Sequence record: OR892555.1
Direction: 5' to 3' (one strand)
Source: Escherichia phage EP1
DNA length: 64,000 nucleotides
Positions 1-6,776 of this stretch are shown here, in pieces. How positions within the stretch are numbered: position 1 is the first letter of the stretch; every line of letters starts with the position of its first letter. Below the pieces are notes generated by a model. It did not search any database. It was not told where the DNA came from and saw only the letters and a list, made by a program, of their open reading frames with translations. The translations under genes and the position numbers were made by a program.

Positions 1-21
1 ACCATTATTTGTAGTATACAT
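1..21 (-). CDS. 5' end of a minus-strand gene running off the left edge of the window (first 7 codons only)
   Basis: ATG at 19-21 read on minus strand, directly preceded by the conserved GGAG-attcaaa leader of the repeated cassette; frame open to position 1. Confidence 0.3.
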
Positions 22-69
22 TTTGAATCTCCAGTTTAGGAAGTGGGCTTGCTTGCCCGTCTGATAAGT

Positions 70-98
70 AATTTACTTGTTTTCGTTACCAGTTGCAA
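70..98 (-). promoter_or_regulatory. sigma70-like early promoter (TTGCAA-17 nt-TAAATT on minus strand), followed by GC hairpin leader (45-58) and GGAG RBS
   Basis: hexamers and spacing read directly; same architecture as the copy at 2609-2687. Confidence 0.4.
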
Positions 99-112
99 GC
101 CCTTTTATGAAT

Positions 113-436
113 TTATTTTCGTTTGCTTATTTCGTGAACAATAATAGCGTGATAATCTTTCAAGTCACTGATATTTAAAGCATTTAATAAAGTATTATAA
201 TCATCAACTAACTGAAAATCACCGCTTAAAATGTCGCTAATCTGATATGTGTTAGCCTTGAATCTGAAGCCCATCTCTAAACGCTTTAATTGTTCTACGT
301 TTAAACGCTCTAGGAAGGACGTCACAAGATTATTATTGATTTGCTTTGTGGTTGCATCACTTGCCACCTGATGCGCTTTATAGGCTTTATACAGTGCTAA
401 AATAGCAATGAATAAGGCAACTCCAGAAATTAACAT
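113..436 (-). CDS. hypothetical early protein with N-terminal hydrophobic membrane anchor
   Basis: 107-aa ORF; N-terminus ISGVALFIAILALY is hydrophobic. Confidence 0.55.
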   Translation of the reverse strand: MLISGVALFIAILALYKAYKAHQVASDATTKQINNNLVTSFLERLNVEQLKRLEMGFRFKANTYQISDILSGDFQLVDDYNTLLNALNISDLKDYHAIIVHEISKRK

Positions 437-726
437 GATGACTTACCTTTGTGAAATAGTTTACCAGTGTGACTAATCTCAAAAGAATCTACCATATCCT
501 TTGTGGATTTAACAGAACTTTTATTTGCATTATCATAGATATCTACCTGAAGCAATGGCTTTTTGTATTCTTTACAAAAGTTCCAAATACAGATAACAAC
601 TTCTTTACCATTGATTTTTCCGTGATACCATTCTGTCACTTCATGAGTCCGGCGCATAGATTCTACAAATTTGATATCTTGTAAAAGCTTGCTCAATTTT
701 GAGCGTACATTTGCAGCAATAAACAT
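430..726 (-). CDS. hypothetical early protein
   Basis: 98-aa ORF; ATG at 726 preceded by GGAG-attcaaaa leader of cassette copy 1. Confidence 0.5.
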   Translation of the reverse strand: MFIAANVRSKLSKLLQDIKFVESMRRTHEVTEWYHGKINGKEVVICIWNFCKEYKKPLLQVDIYDNANKSSVKSTKDMVDSFEISHTGKLFHKGKSSC

Positions 727-778
727 TTTTTGAATCTCCAGTTTAGGATTGATTTGATAAATCTCTTTATCTGGGGCT

Positions 779-807
779 ATCTTATCAGCCTGATAACCCC
801 ATGTAAA
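779..807 (-). promoter_or_regulatory. sigma70-like early promoter, cassette copy 1 (minus strand TTTACA-17 nt-TAAGAT), conserved leader to ATG at 726
   Basis: conserved -35 and TAnnAT -10 with conserved spacer length across copies while spacer sequence varies. Confidence 0.45.
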
Positions 808-816
808 GCAATTTAT

Positions 817-1329
817 TTAGATATCGAAAATATTCATCATTGAATCTTTCAAGGCTTCTAAACGTTCCATTACTTCAGATTCTGCGTCTGCGTTGCTTAC
901 TTCCTCTTTTAGTCTATCCTCTAAATCGTCGCCGTCACTATAGCACCAATCGAAAGCGTAGCCAAGATAAAAACTATCTAAAACCGTATTCCCGTTTGCA
1001 TCGACAACCTTTGCAGATAGGTTATATTCTGAAGCCTCTAAATCCCTTTCTAGTTCTTTCTGTAAGCTGATGTAAGCCTCTTGTGATGGATTTTCCCGAC
1101 CTTGTTTTGCATAGTCGCTAGAAAGCTGTTTAAGGCTATAGCGTAAAGGGATTGCATATTTAAACTCGTTACGCTGGAAGTTAGGATTCTTAATAGTTAC
1201 CCCGCCTTGATGGTTATCTGTAAATTCCCAATCACTGATGCTATGGCTTGCTTCATAGCAGTTAACAGCTTCATAGATGATAGAGAATTTTTCTTTTACA
1301 ACTTCAAAGGTGGCGTCTACAGTTCTCAT
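817..1329 (-). CDS. hypothetical early protein
   Basis: 170-aa ORF, ATG abuts cassette copy 2 leader (GGAG, 7-nt spacer). Confidence 0.55.
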   Translation of the reverse strand: MRTVDATFEVVKEKFSIIYEAVNCYEASHSISDWEFTDNHQGGVTIKNPNFQRNEFKYAIPLRYSLKQLSSDYAKQGRENPSQEAYISLQKELERDLEASEYNLSAKVVDANGNTVLDSFYLGYAFDWCYSDGDDLEDRLKEEVSNADAESEVMERLEALKDSMMNIFDI

Positions 1330-1379
1330 TTTGAATCTCCAGTTTAGGATTGATTTGGTAAAGCTCTTTATCTGGGGCT

Positions 1380-1409
1380 ATACTAGCAAACTTTATAACC
1401 CCATGTAAA
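1380..1409 (-). promoter_or_regulatory. sigma70-like early promoter, cassette copy 2 (TTTACA-18 nt-TAGTAT on minus strand)
   Basis: near-identical ~90 bp element to 1675-1760 and 2143-2230. Confidence 0.45.
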
Positions 1410-1416
1410 GCACTTT

Positions 1417-1674
1417 TTAGATTAAATTGCCAGTTAATGATAAGTGCATTTTGTAACCTTGTTTAGTGTAAACATTAGTTTTACCGATAGTCTTTACACC
1501 TTTAAAAAGATTGTAAGAGCTATGCTTTAAGGTTAATTGCTGGTCACACTTTACACCCCATCTTACAGCAGAATCTTTCCCGTTGTCAATCACTTTTCCG
1601 TCTAAATCTTTTGCCAGTAAACGAGCGTTATCACGAGTTTTTGCATTCACTACTACGTTTTTGATGATAGCCAT
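1417..1674 (-). CDS. hypothetical early protein
   Basis: 85-aa ORF with cassette leader and GGAG RBS. Confidence 0.5.
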   Translation of the reverse strand: MAIIKNVVVNAKTRDNARLLAKDLDGKVIDNGKDSAVRWGVKCDQQLTLKHSSYNLFKGVKTIGKTNVYTKQGYKMHLSLTGNLI

Positions 1675-1723
1675 TTTTGAATCTCCAGTTTAGGTTAGTG
1701 ATAAAATCTCTTTATCTGGGGCT

Positions 1724-1753
1724 ATACTAGCAAACTTTATAACCCCATGTAAA
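1724..1753 (-). promoter_or_regulatory. sigma70-like early promoter, cassette copy 3 (TTTACA-18 nt-TAGTAT)
   Basis: repeat copy; hexamers read on minus strand. Confidence 0.45.
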
Positions 1754-1761
1754 GCACTTTA

Positions 1762-2142
1762 TCAGTTAATTTTAAAGATAGTTACATAACCATCACTACC
1801 AATCATCTGAGAAACTCCAGCTTTCTCGACATTGTAACCCATTTTATCAAGATGGTAAATAGCATCTTCATAACCATATGCCGCGCCTTGATAGCGTCTC
1901 TTCTCACATTTTATCAAGGTTTTACCACGTCCAGCAAGTGCATTAATGATAGCTTTATCACCTGATAAACTACCGTCTAGCATAGTTGCGCGGTAATGGT
2001 TTATTTTGTTGCCATTCACATCATACTTAAAATTGTATGCGTGAACAACAATTATTTTACCTTTGAATTTTTCATCAAGTGTTTTCTCCAGTACATCACG
2101 AAAATTTTCTTTGCTGATGAACTTAGGTGCACGATATTTCAT
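1762..2142 (-). CDS. hypothetical early protein
   Basis: 126-aa ORF with cassette leader. Confidence 0.55.
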   Translation of the reverse strand: MKYRAPKFISKENFRDVLEKTLDEKFKGKIIVVHAYNFKYDVNGNKINHYRATMLDGSLSGDKAIINALAGRGKTLIKCEKRRYQGAAYGYEDAIYHLDKMGYNVEKAGVSQMIGSDGYVTIFKIN

Positions 2143-2193
2143 TTTGAATCTCCAGTTTAGGATTGATTTAGTAAAGCTCTTTATCTGGGGCTT

Positions 2194-2223
2194 ATGGTAT
2201 CAATCTTTTAAGCCCCTTGTAAA
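2194..2223 (-). promoter_or_regulatory. sigma70-like early promoter, cassette copy 4 (TTTACA-18 nt-TACCAT); perfect inverted repeat GGGGCTTA/TAAGCCCC spans it
   Basis: repeat copy; -10 differs in sequence but keeps TAnnAT and position. Confidence 0.45.
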
Positions 2224-2228
2224 GTACT

Positions 2229-2390
2229 TTATGCAATAATTTTTATAACTTCTTTTAGTGTGATGTTTTCGCCATTTGTCAAGGCTAAGCATTTGTTACC
2301 AGTGCATGACAAGTAACTAAACGAGACTTTACCAGTTTTAGAAAATCCGTCAAGCCCTTTGTAAGTAATGATAGAGTTTTCTTTTATCAT
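2229..2390 (-). CDS. possible small ORF (53 aa) missed by the 60-aa ORF track
   Basis: ATG at 2388-2390 to TAA at 2229-2231 translated by hand (MIKENSIITYKGLDGF...); fills a gap between genes but has no clear Shine-Dalgarno. Confidence 0.25.
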   Translation of the reverse strand: MIKENSIITYKGLDGFSKTGKVSFSYLSCTGNKCLALTNGENITLKEVIKIIA

Positions 2391-2401
2391 TTGTCAAGCC
2401 C

Positions 2402-2608
2402 TTAAACATCATAATAATAGGTTGCTGTATGTCGAATATGTTTTCTTGTGTGAGTTGTCAAGTAACAAGCTGAATTAATTGATGTATTTACATACATATC
2501 ATAATCTTTCTCTGATATACGTTGCCAAACGTCACAAATCAACATATAAAAACGACGATGTTTTGTTTCAGTATTATCTACAATCATTAATTCACGTTGA
2601 TATAACAT
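2402..2608 (-). CDS. hypothetical early protein
   Basis: 68-aa ORF immediately downstream of cassette copy 5. Confidence 0.45.
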   Translation of the reverse strand: MLYQRELMIVDNTETKHRRFYMLICDVWQRISEKDYDMYVNTSINSACYLTTHTRKHIRHTATYYYDV

Positions 2609-2658
2609 TTTCAGATTCTCCAGTTTAGGAAGTGGGCTTGCTTGCCCGTCTGATGCAA

Positions 2659-2687
2659 ATACTAAATAACTTTGTTTTGCAGGTCAA
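2659..2687 (-). promoter_or_regulatory. sigma70-like early promoter, cassette copy 5 (TTGACC-17 nt-TAGTAT), GC hairpin leader at 2634-2647
   Basis: hexamers and spacing read directly on minus strand. Confidence 0.4.
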
Positions 2688-2779
2688 GCAAATTTTTAAA
2701 AATATTTTTAGGAATTGCCAGAGGAGAACGCGCACACGACTACCACAAAACATAGCACAAATCAAGAATTATTTTTCAG

Positions 2780-3042
2780 TTCTCTACAGATTTTTCTCTT
2801 GACTTTTGGGGAGAGGGGGAGTAAGAGGGGGAGAGGGGCAGGGCTGGCACTATCTACCTACCTGCACAATTCTAAAATGATTTTTCTTGCCCGACACTCG
2901 CCGGGTCTGCACGTTTTGAAAATGAAAAAGCTCTTTGGAGTCCACCTGCACAAATTGAAAATGAATTTTCCCTTTGGATTTCAAAATTTTCTCTACAGAT
3001 TTCTGTCCAGACTTTTACCTGCACAATTTTAAAATGAAAAAG
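2780..3042. repeat. ORF-free region with four copies of a ~20-25 bp motif (CCTGCACAAnTTnnAAAATGAA; 2861-2880, 2907-2930, 2945-2965, 3018-3042) and two copies of TTCTCTACAGATTT (2780-2795, 2989-3005)
   Basis: direct repeats at irregular spacing; no credible ORF on the transcribed strand. Confidence 0.6.
2808..2846 (+). repeat. polypurine G-rich tract (GGGGAGAGGGGGAGTAAGAGGGGGAGAGGGGCAGGG) with five G-runs
   Basis: read directly; stands out in an AT-rich genome. Confidence 0.6.
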
Positions 3043-3110
3043 CCCTCCTTACCTGAAAATTTTACCAGATAAGAAAGGCTTAGTCTATTGTGAATATGCT
3101 ACAGAGTTTC

Positions 3111-3893
3111 TTAGTTCTTTGCAGCTAAGAACTTGATATTGGAAATGTCTACAATTGCTTCAGCATCTTTCTCATTTGCTGCAAGAATGTACACATCAGG
3201 TTCACTTCCAAATGTCGCTGCACGTTGCATACTGCCTTTCAACGGTGGGGTAACTTGAGCGTTACTTAGAGACATTCTCTCAACCGGAGGGTTACTCCGA
3301 TGTACCTTGTTCTTACGATGCCTGAAGAGGGTAACTCCGTCTTCGTTGACAACGGCTACCCCTGCAAAGTATTGTGGTTCACTGTGATTACCCCATGTTG
3401 ACAGAGTATTAAACATTGCCTCTTCAAATACGTAAAGGTAAACATCAACATCTTTCAAGATGTGATTCATGATTACCACAACAGCTTTCGGGTCAAGTCC
3501 ACCAATACCTGCACCAATCATTGGGAGACCAACTTTCTTCAGTTGATTCACTTTGCAGTACTGGTTAAGGCTCAACAAAGCACTCTCAAGAGCATCGTAA
3601 CGAGCATCTTTACCAGTCTTCAACTGAGTGTACAGGTTAGCAATACGGCCTTGTTTAAGACGTGCTACAGAGAGTTTACCAAGCAGTTTCTGACAAGGTT
3701 TATGCTCTCTTCCTCCTGCTACACGGTAGACTTCGGCATCAGTTTCATAGGCTTTTGGGTAACCTTTAGAAATCTTGTCAGCAATACCTGCACCCATCAG
3801 GTTCATACAGTTGCAACCGTGACCAATGATATCAAACTTACCTTTTTCAAAGTCTGCGAAGATATCACCTTTGATGACTTTTACAATACCCAT
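3111..3893 (-). CDS. macro-domain protein (ADP-ribose binding/processing) with ~90-aa C-terminal extension
   Basis: N-terminal GDIF...DIIGHGCNCMNLMGAGIADKI and later GLPMIGAGIGG match macro-domain glycine-rich signatures. Confidence 0.8.
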   Translation of the reverse strand: MGIVKVIKGDIFADFEKGKFDIIGHGCNCMNLMGAGIADKISKGYPKAYETDAEVYRVAGGREHKPCQKLLGKLSVARLKQGRIANLYTQLKTGKDARYDALESALLSLNQYCKVNQLKKVGLPMIGAGIGGLDPKAVVVIMNHILKDVDVYLYVFEEAMFNTLSTWGNHSEPQYFAGVAVVNEDGVTLFRHRKNKVHRSNPPVERMSLSNAQVTPPLKGSMQRAATFGSEPDVYILAANEKDAEAIVDISNIKFLAAKN

Positions 3894-3894
3894 C

Positions 3895-4095
3895 TTACCA
3901 TTTCTCCCATGATTCTTTATCTTCAGAAGGTTTTACACGTTGACCTTCATGGTCTACCCAGATTCCACCACAACCTTCACAGAGTGTTGGCATAGCATAA
4001 CCAGCTTTGAACTCTTCTTCAGAGATAAGACCTCTCAAGTCTCCTGTATCACGTCCAAACAGTTCGATGGAACAATCTTTGCAGAAATCAGCCAT
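3895..4095 (-). CDS. small zinc-ribbon protein (two CxxC pairs)
   Basis: 66-aa ORF with CKDC ... CEGC. Confidence 0.5.
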   Translation of the reverse strand: MADFCKDCSIELFGRDTGDLRGLISEEEFKAGYAMPTLCEGCGGIWVDHEGQRVKPSEDKESWEKW

Positions 4096-4315
4096 TTGAT
4101 ATTACCTCTTGGAAGAATGTACCTTTCAAATCCCATTCAGCTTTATAATCAGTCAATGTGTTAGTATCGAACATTGTATAATATTTGTAATCACCATTCT
4201 TAAACTGGTCATGCAGTGATGGGTTGCAGAACGGAGCTACTGTATCCCTGTCCAAGAATACAGCACCAGATAACACTTTGCGTGTATTTTTACACCTTAC
4301 TAATATTGCTTTCAT
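4088..4315 (-). CDS. hypothetical protein
   Basis: 75-aa ORF in the minus-strand gene array. Confidence 0.45.
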   Translation of the reverse strand: MKAILVRCKNTRKVLSGAVFLDRDTVAPFCNPSLHDQFKNGDYKYYTMFDTNTLTDYKAEWDLKGTFFQEVISNG

Positions 4316-4616
4316 AAAGTACCTTCTCTGTTAACTCGTACAAGTCTACATGTTCAATGCCAGCAATGTCAATACCAAGTTTAGCATATCGCTCTTTGAT
4401 GCCTTCTTTATTTTGAAATATGAGACACCAATGATTTCTTAAAGACTCTTCCAGTTTATCTACACAATCATGAAAGGTTGGTGTGTCACCTCTTGTACCA
4501 ACCATTGCCACAACACCATAAAGAAACTCACCATTACCATATGTGACTTGTGCTACACCAATATCTTTCTCACTATCTTGGATGACAGCTACAAAGGTTT
4601 TACCGTTCAATTCCAT
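4290..4616 (-). CDS. hypothetical protein
   Basis: 108-aa ORF. Confidence 0.5.
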   Translation of the reverse strand: MELNGKTFVAVIQDSEKDIGVAQVTYGNGEFLYGVVAMVGTRGDTPTFHDCVDKLEESLRNHWCLIFQNKEGIKERYAKLGIDIAGIEHVDLYELTEKVLYESNISKV

Positions 4617-4773
4617 CAGAGACTACCTCTTCAATTTGCTGTAGAATTGCTTCTGAAGTTTCTTCCCACATCGTCATACTGTCAATATCACCACAACAAC
4701 TTTCTCCAGCAACGTTGTAACGTGCTTGACCATATTCTTTGATGAGTTCAATCAACTTCTCTTTGCTTGACAT
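4600..4773 (-). CDS. possible small acidic ORF (57 aa) missed by the ORF track
   Basis: ATG at 4771-4773 preceded by GAGGAAG; fills the 4616-4775 gap and overlaps the next start by 17 nt. Confidence 0.3.
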   Translation of the reverse strand: MSSKEKLIELIKEYGQARYNVAGESCCGDIDSMTMWEETSEAILQQIEEVVSDGIER

Positions 4774-4774
4774 G

Positions 4775-5044
4775 TTACTTCCTCGTTTTGAGAACTGCCA
4801 TAATTTCTTTGGTATCTTCTAAGAACCATGTGTAGTGATTCTCTTTTATTTCTGGATGAGTGTCAATCTTTAATTTGCAATCTCTTCCAGTATCTTTCAG
4901 TTGAGTTGTGATACCCTTCATAAAGATATGGCACATCACATCATCCATAACCATTGGCATGAAGTCAATGCGCATGTAAGTATCTTTTGGTCTTGGAAGA
5001 AGTAAATAACCTTCTGTATAGAACAGTTCTGTCTCTTGACTCAT
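4775..5044 (-). CDS. hypothetical protein
   Basis: 89-aa ORF. Confidence 0.5.
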   Translation of the reverse strand: MSQETELFYTEGYLLLPRPKDTYMRIDFMPMVMDDVMCHIFMKGITTQLKDTGRDCKLKIDTHPEIKENHYTWFLEDTKEIMAVLKTRK

Positions 5045-5310
5045 TGCTGCTTATTCCCTAACAAAATCATATCAATCAAATTATTGGCTTTCATCGTACA
5101 CTGATAGTACCCATCACGATAAAATTCAAGGGCTTGTGACAGGTCTGTGCCTGTATTACCCTTGACAACGTAGCGTGATTCTTCTTGAGTATACTTATCA
5201 CTTTCACTTACTTGGGAGTTTTTGAACGTAGAGTTCACTTTGTTCATTGAACACCCTGACATAAGTATCAGTAGCACAAATGTTATAAAACTCTGGCTTA
5301 GTCTTTTCAT
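5041..5310 (-). CDS. putative lipoprotein, candidate outer-membrane spanin subunit
   Basis: signal peptide ending in lipobox-like LMSGC; gene overlaps the 3' end of the preceding membrane-protein gene. Confidence 0.4.
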   Translation of the reverse strand: MKRLSQSFITFVLLILMSGCSMNKVNSTFKNSQVSESDKYTQEESRYVVKGNTGTDLSQALEFYRDGYYQCTMKANNLIDMILLGNKQQ

Positions 5311-5551
5311 ATGTCAATACCTCTTTTGTGTGTTTGTTTTTAGCAAGCACGTCTTTCAAATCATTTTTGTAACTGGAGCTAAGATTTGCTAAACCTTCTT
5401 GGTAAGCATCCTTAGCAACACTTACAAGTTTCTGGTTAGTTAACTCTGTTTGAGTGACTTGGTAATCCTTGTAAGAATAACCCCCCCAGACACCTACACC
5501 AATCAGAAAAACAACTATGAAAGCGGCTTGACAGAACTCTTTAAATTTCAT
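5204..5551 (-). CDS. type-II membrane protein, candidate inner-membrane spanin subunit
   Basis: N-terminal TM (AAFIVVFLIGVGVWGG) then hydrophilic domain; overlapped by the lipoprotein gene in another frame. Confidence 0.4.
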   Translation of the reverse strand: MKFKEFCQAAFIVVFLIGVGVWGGYSYKDYQVTQTELTNQKLVSVAKDAYQEGLANLSSSYKNDLKDVLAKNKHTKEVLTYEKTKPEFYNICATDTYVRVFNEQSELYVQKLPSK

Positions 5552-5567
5552 TTGTCAATCTCCTAAA

Positions 5568-5592
5568 ACGAAAAAGGCTCCCGAAGGAGCCT
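5568..5592 (-). terminator. rho-independent terminator (GGCTCC-cgaa-GGAGCC then U-run on minus strand)
   Basis: perfect 6-bp GC stem, tetraloop, T-tract read directly. Confidence 0.6.
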
Positions 5593-5603
5593 GTATCATA
5601 ACC

Positions 5604-6068
5604 TTAACCGAGGACTTTAGCAAGGACATTTGCAGCCATCGTCGAAGCTTTTGCAGCAGCAGCTACGCCAGCTTTGATAGTGCTATCCTTAATGGCAGAT
5701 ACCGTTGCAGCATCAGTAAAGAGATATGTGGTAGTTTGTGAACCACTTGTAAAGGAAAGCATAAGAGCAGTTTCCAGATTGAAAGAACGGTACGGAGCAC
5801 CGGACTGTACAATTCCTTTAGCACCCAACTCTGAAGCCATACCCATGTCATAGATGGTCATCAGGTTTTCTTTATGTGCTGTAGTAGAACCGACACCTTT
5901 AACGTGTTTTGAAACGTTCAGCAGAGCACGATATTCACGGATATCACCATCAGCTTTTACATTGACAGCACGAAAGATTTTGCCATCAAAGTTGCTTTTA
6001 ATGATATCACGAACAACCTGTGATTTGTTTGCTGATGCGTCGATAGCTACTGTAATAATGTTTTGCAT
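5604..6068 (-). CDS. hypothetical protein (154 aa, Ala/Ser/Thr-rich C-terminus)
   Basis: ORF with own terminator downstream; no recognisable motif. Confidence 0.5.
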   Translation of the reverse strand: MQNIITVAIDASANKSQVVRDIIKSNFDGKIFRAVNVKADGDIREYRALLNVSKHVKGVGSTTAHKENLMTIYDMGMASELGAKGIVQSGAPYRSFNLETALMLSFTSGSQTTTYLFTDAATVSAIKDSTIKAGVAAAAKASTMAANVLAKVLG

Positions 6069-6080
6069 GATTTCTCTCTC

Positions 6081-6776
6081 TTAGTGTTTGATAAGCATTG
6101 TGTTAATTTCTGGAAGGATTCGTTTAACCTTCTCAACATTCCTTACTGTATCTTCTATAAAACATACTACATCATAGTACGGAAGAATGCAAGACTGAAT
6201 CATACGAACTTTCAAACTTTCTGCACTGATTCTATTTGAACCAAAACCACGCATAAAAAGCATGTAGTCAGTCACGATATGCTTGTCAATAAACAAGTGG
6301 GTTGGTACACGTTGAGACTCACCACGAGCAGTTAAAACACCGATTGCAGCACTTTTATGGATGCCTGAAATGATGTTAAAGATGTACGTAGGTTGTGCAT
6401 CAACTGACTCAATCAAGTTTGTATACTGTGACAGAGTGCCATCTTCCAGATATGTTGAGTTTGTTGGCTTATCAAACTTAGTGAGAACACCATCAATATC
6501 TGTTAAAACCATTGGCTTCTTCATATCAAGGTCTTTTGCAACCAAGATTAAGCTGTCACGTTTAACGGCTACTGACTTACCTGTTTGAAGGTCTGTACAG
6601 AGAACTGTTTCAGCAGATGAATGAAAGTTTTTGAAGTCACATTCAACAACCCTTGCAGTATCTGCAAAGTCTTCTTTCATAAGGTCTGTCCAGCTTGCAG
6701 CACTAATATCAATAGCCAGAGGATTGATATCGTAAGCGTGACAAAATACCTTATCCAATTGTTTTAATTCGCTCAT
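6081..6776 (-). CDS. HAD-superfamily phosphatase/nucleotidase-like protein
   Basis: DIDGVL (DxDG motif I), GVLTAR (motif II) and FIEDTVRN (motif IV-like); track start is TTG at 6818, first in-frame ATG is 6776 by frame arithmetic; start uncertain. Confidence 0.35.
   Translation of the reverse strand: MSELKQLDKVFCHAYDINPLAIDISAASWTDLMKEDFADTARVVECDFKNFHSSAETVLCTDLQTGKSVAVKRDSLILVAKDLDMKKPMVLTDIDGVLTKFDKPTNSTYLEDGTLSQYTNLIESVDAQPTYIFNIISGIHKSAAIGVLTARGESQRVPTHLFIDKHIVTDYMLFMRGFGSNRISAESLKVRMIQSCILPYYDVVCFIEDTVRNVEKVKRILPEINTMLIKH

Noticed and set aside
1380-1409. T4-type middle-promoter (MotA box) interpretation of the conserved TGCTTTA in the cassettes
   Set aside because: The motif matches the MotA-box core, but its distance to the -10 element (17-18 nt spacer after TTTACA) fits a standard -35/-10 promoter rather than MotA-box geometry, and no MotA/AsiA-like genes were recognised in this window.
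2715-3032. 105-aa plus-strand ORF in the ORF track
   Set aside because: Lies within the repeat region on the strand opposite to all neighbouring genes; its repetitive peptide segments mirror the DNA repeats, and it has no RBS. Treated as a repeat artefact.
2780-3042. CRISPR array
   Set aside because: Repeats are imperfect, irregularly spaced (37-74 bp apart) and not separated by uniform unique spacers; no cas genes present.
5549-5551. Recurrent TTGACAA/TTGACAT immediately before ATG codons (i-spanin, o-spanin and 2390 ORF)
   Set aside because: Looks like a -35 hexamer, but it sits between the RBS and the start codon; most likely a coincidence of AT-rich spacers rather than a promoter.
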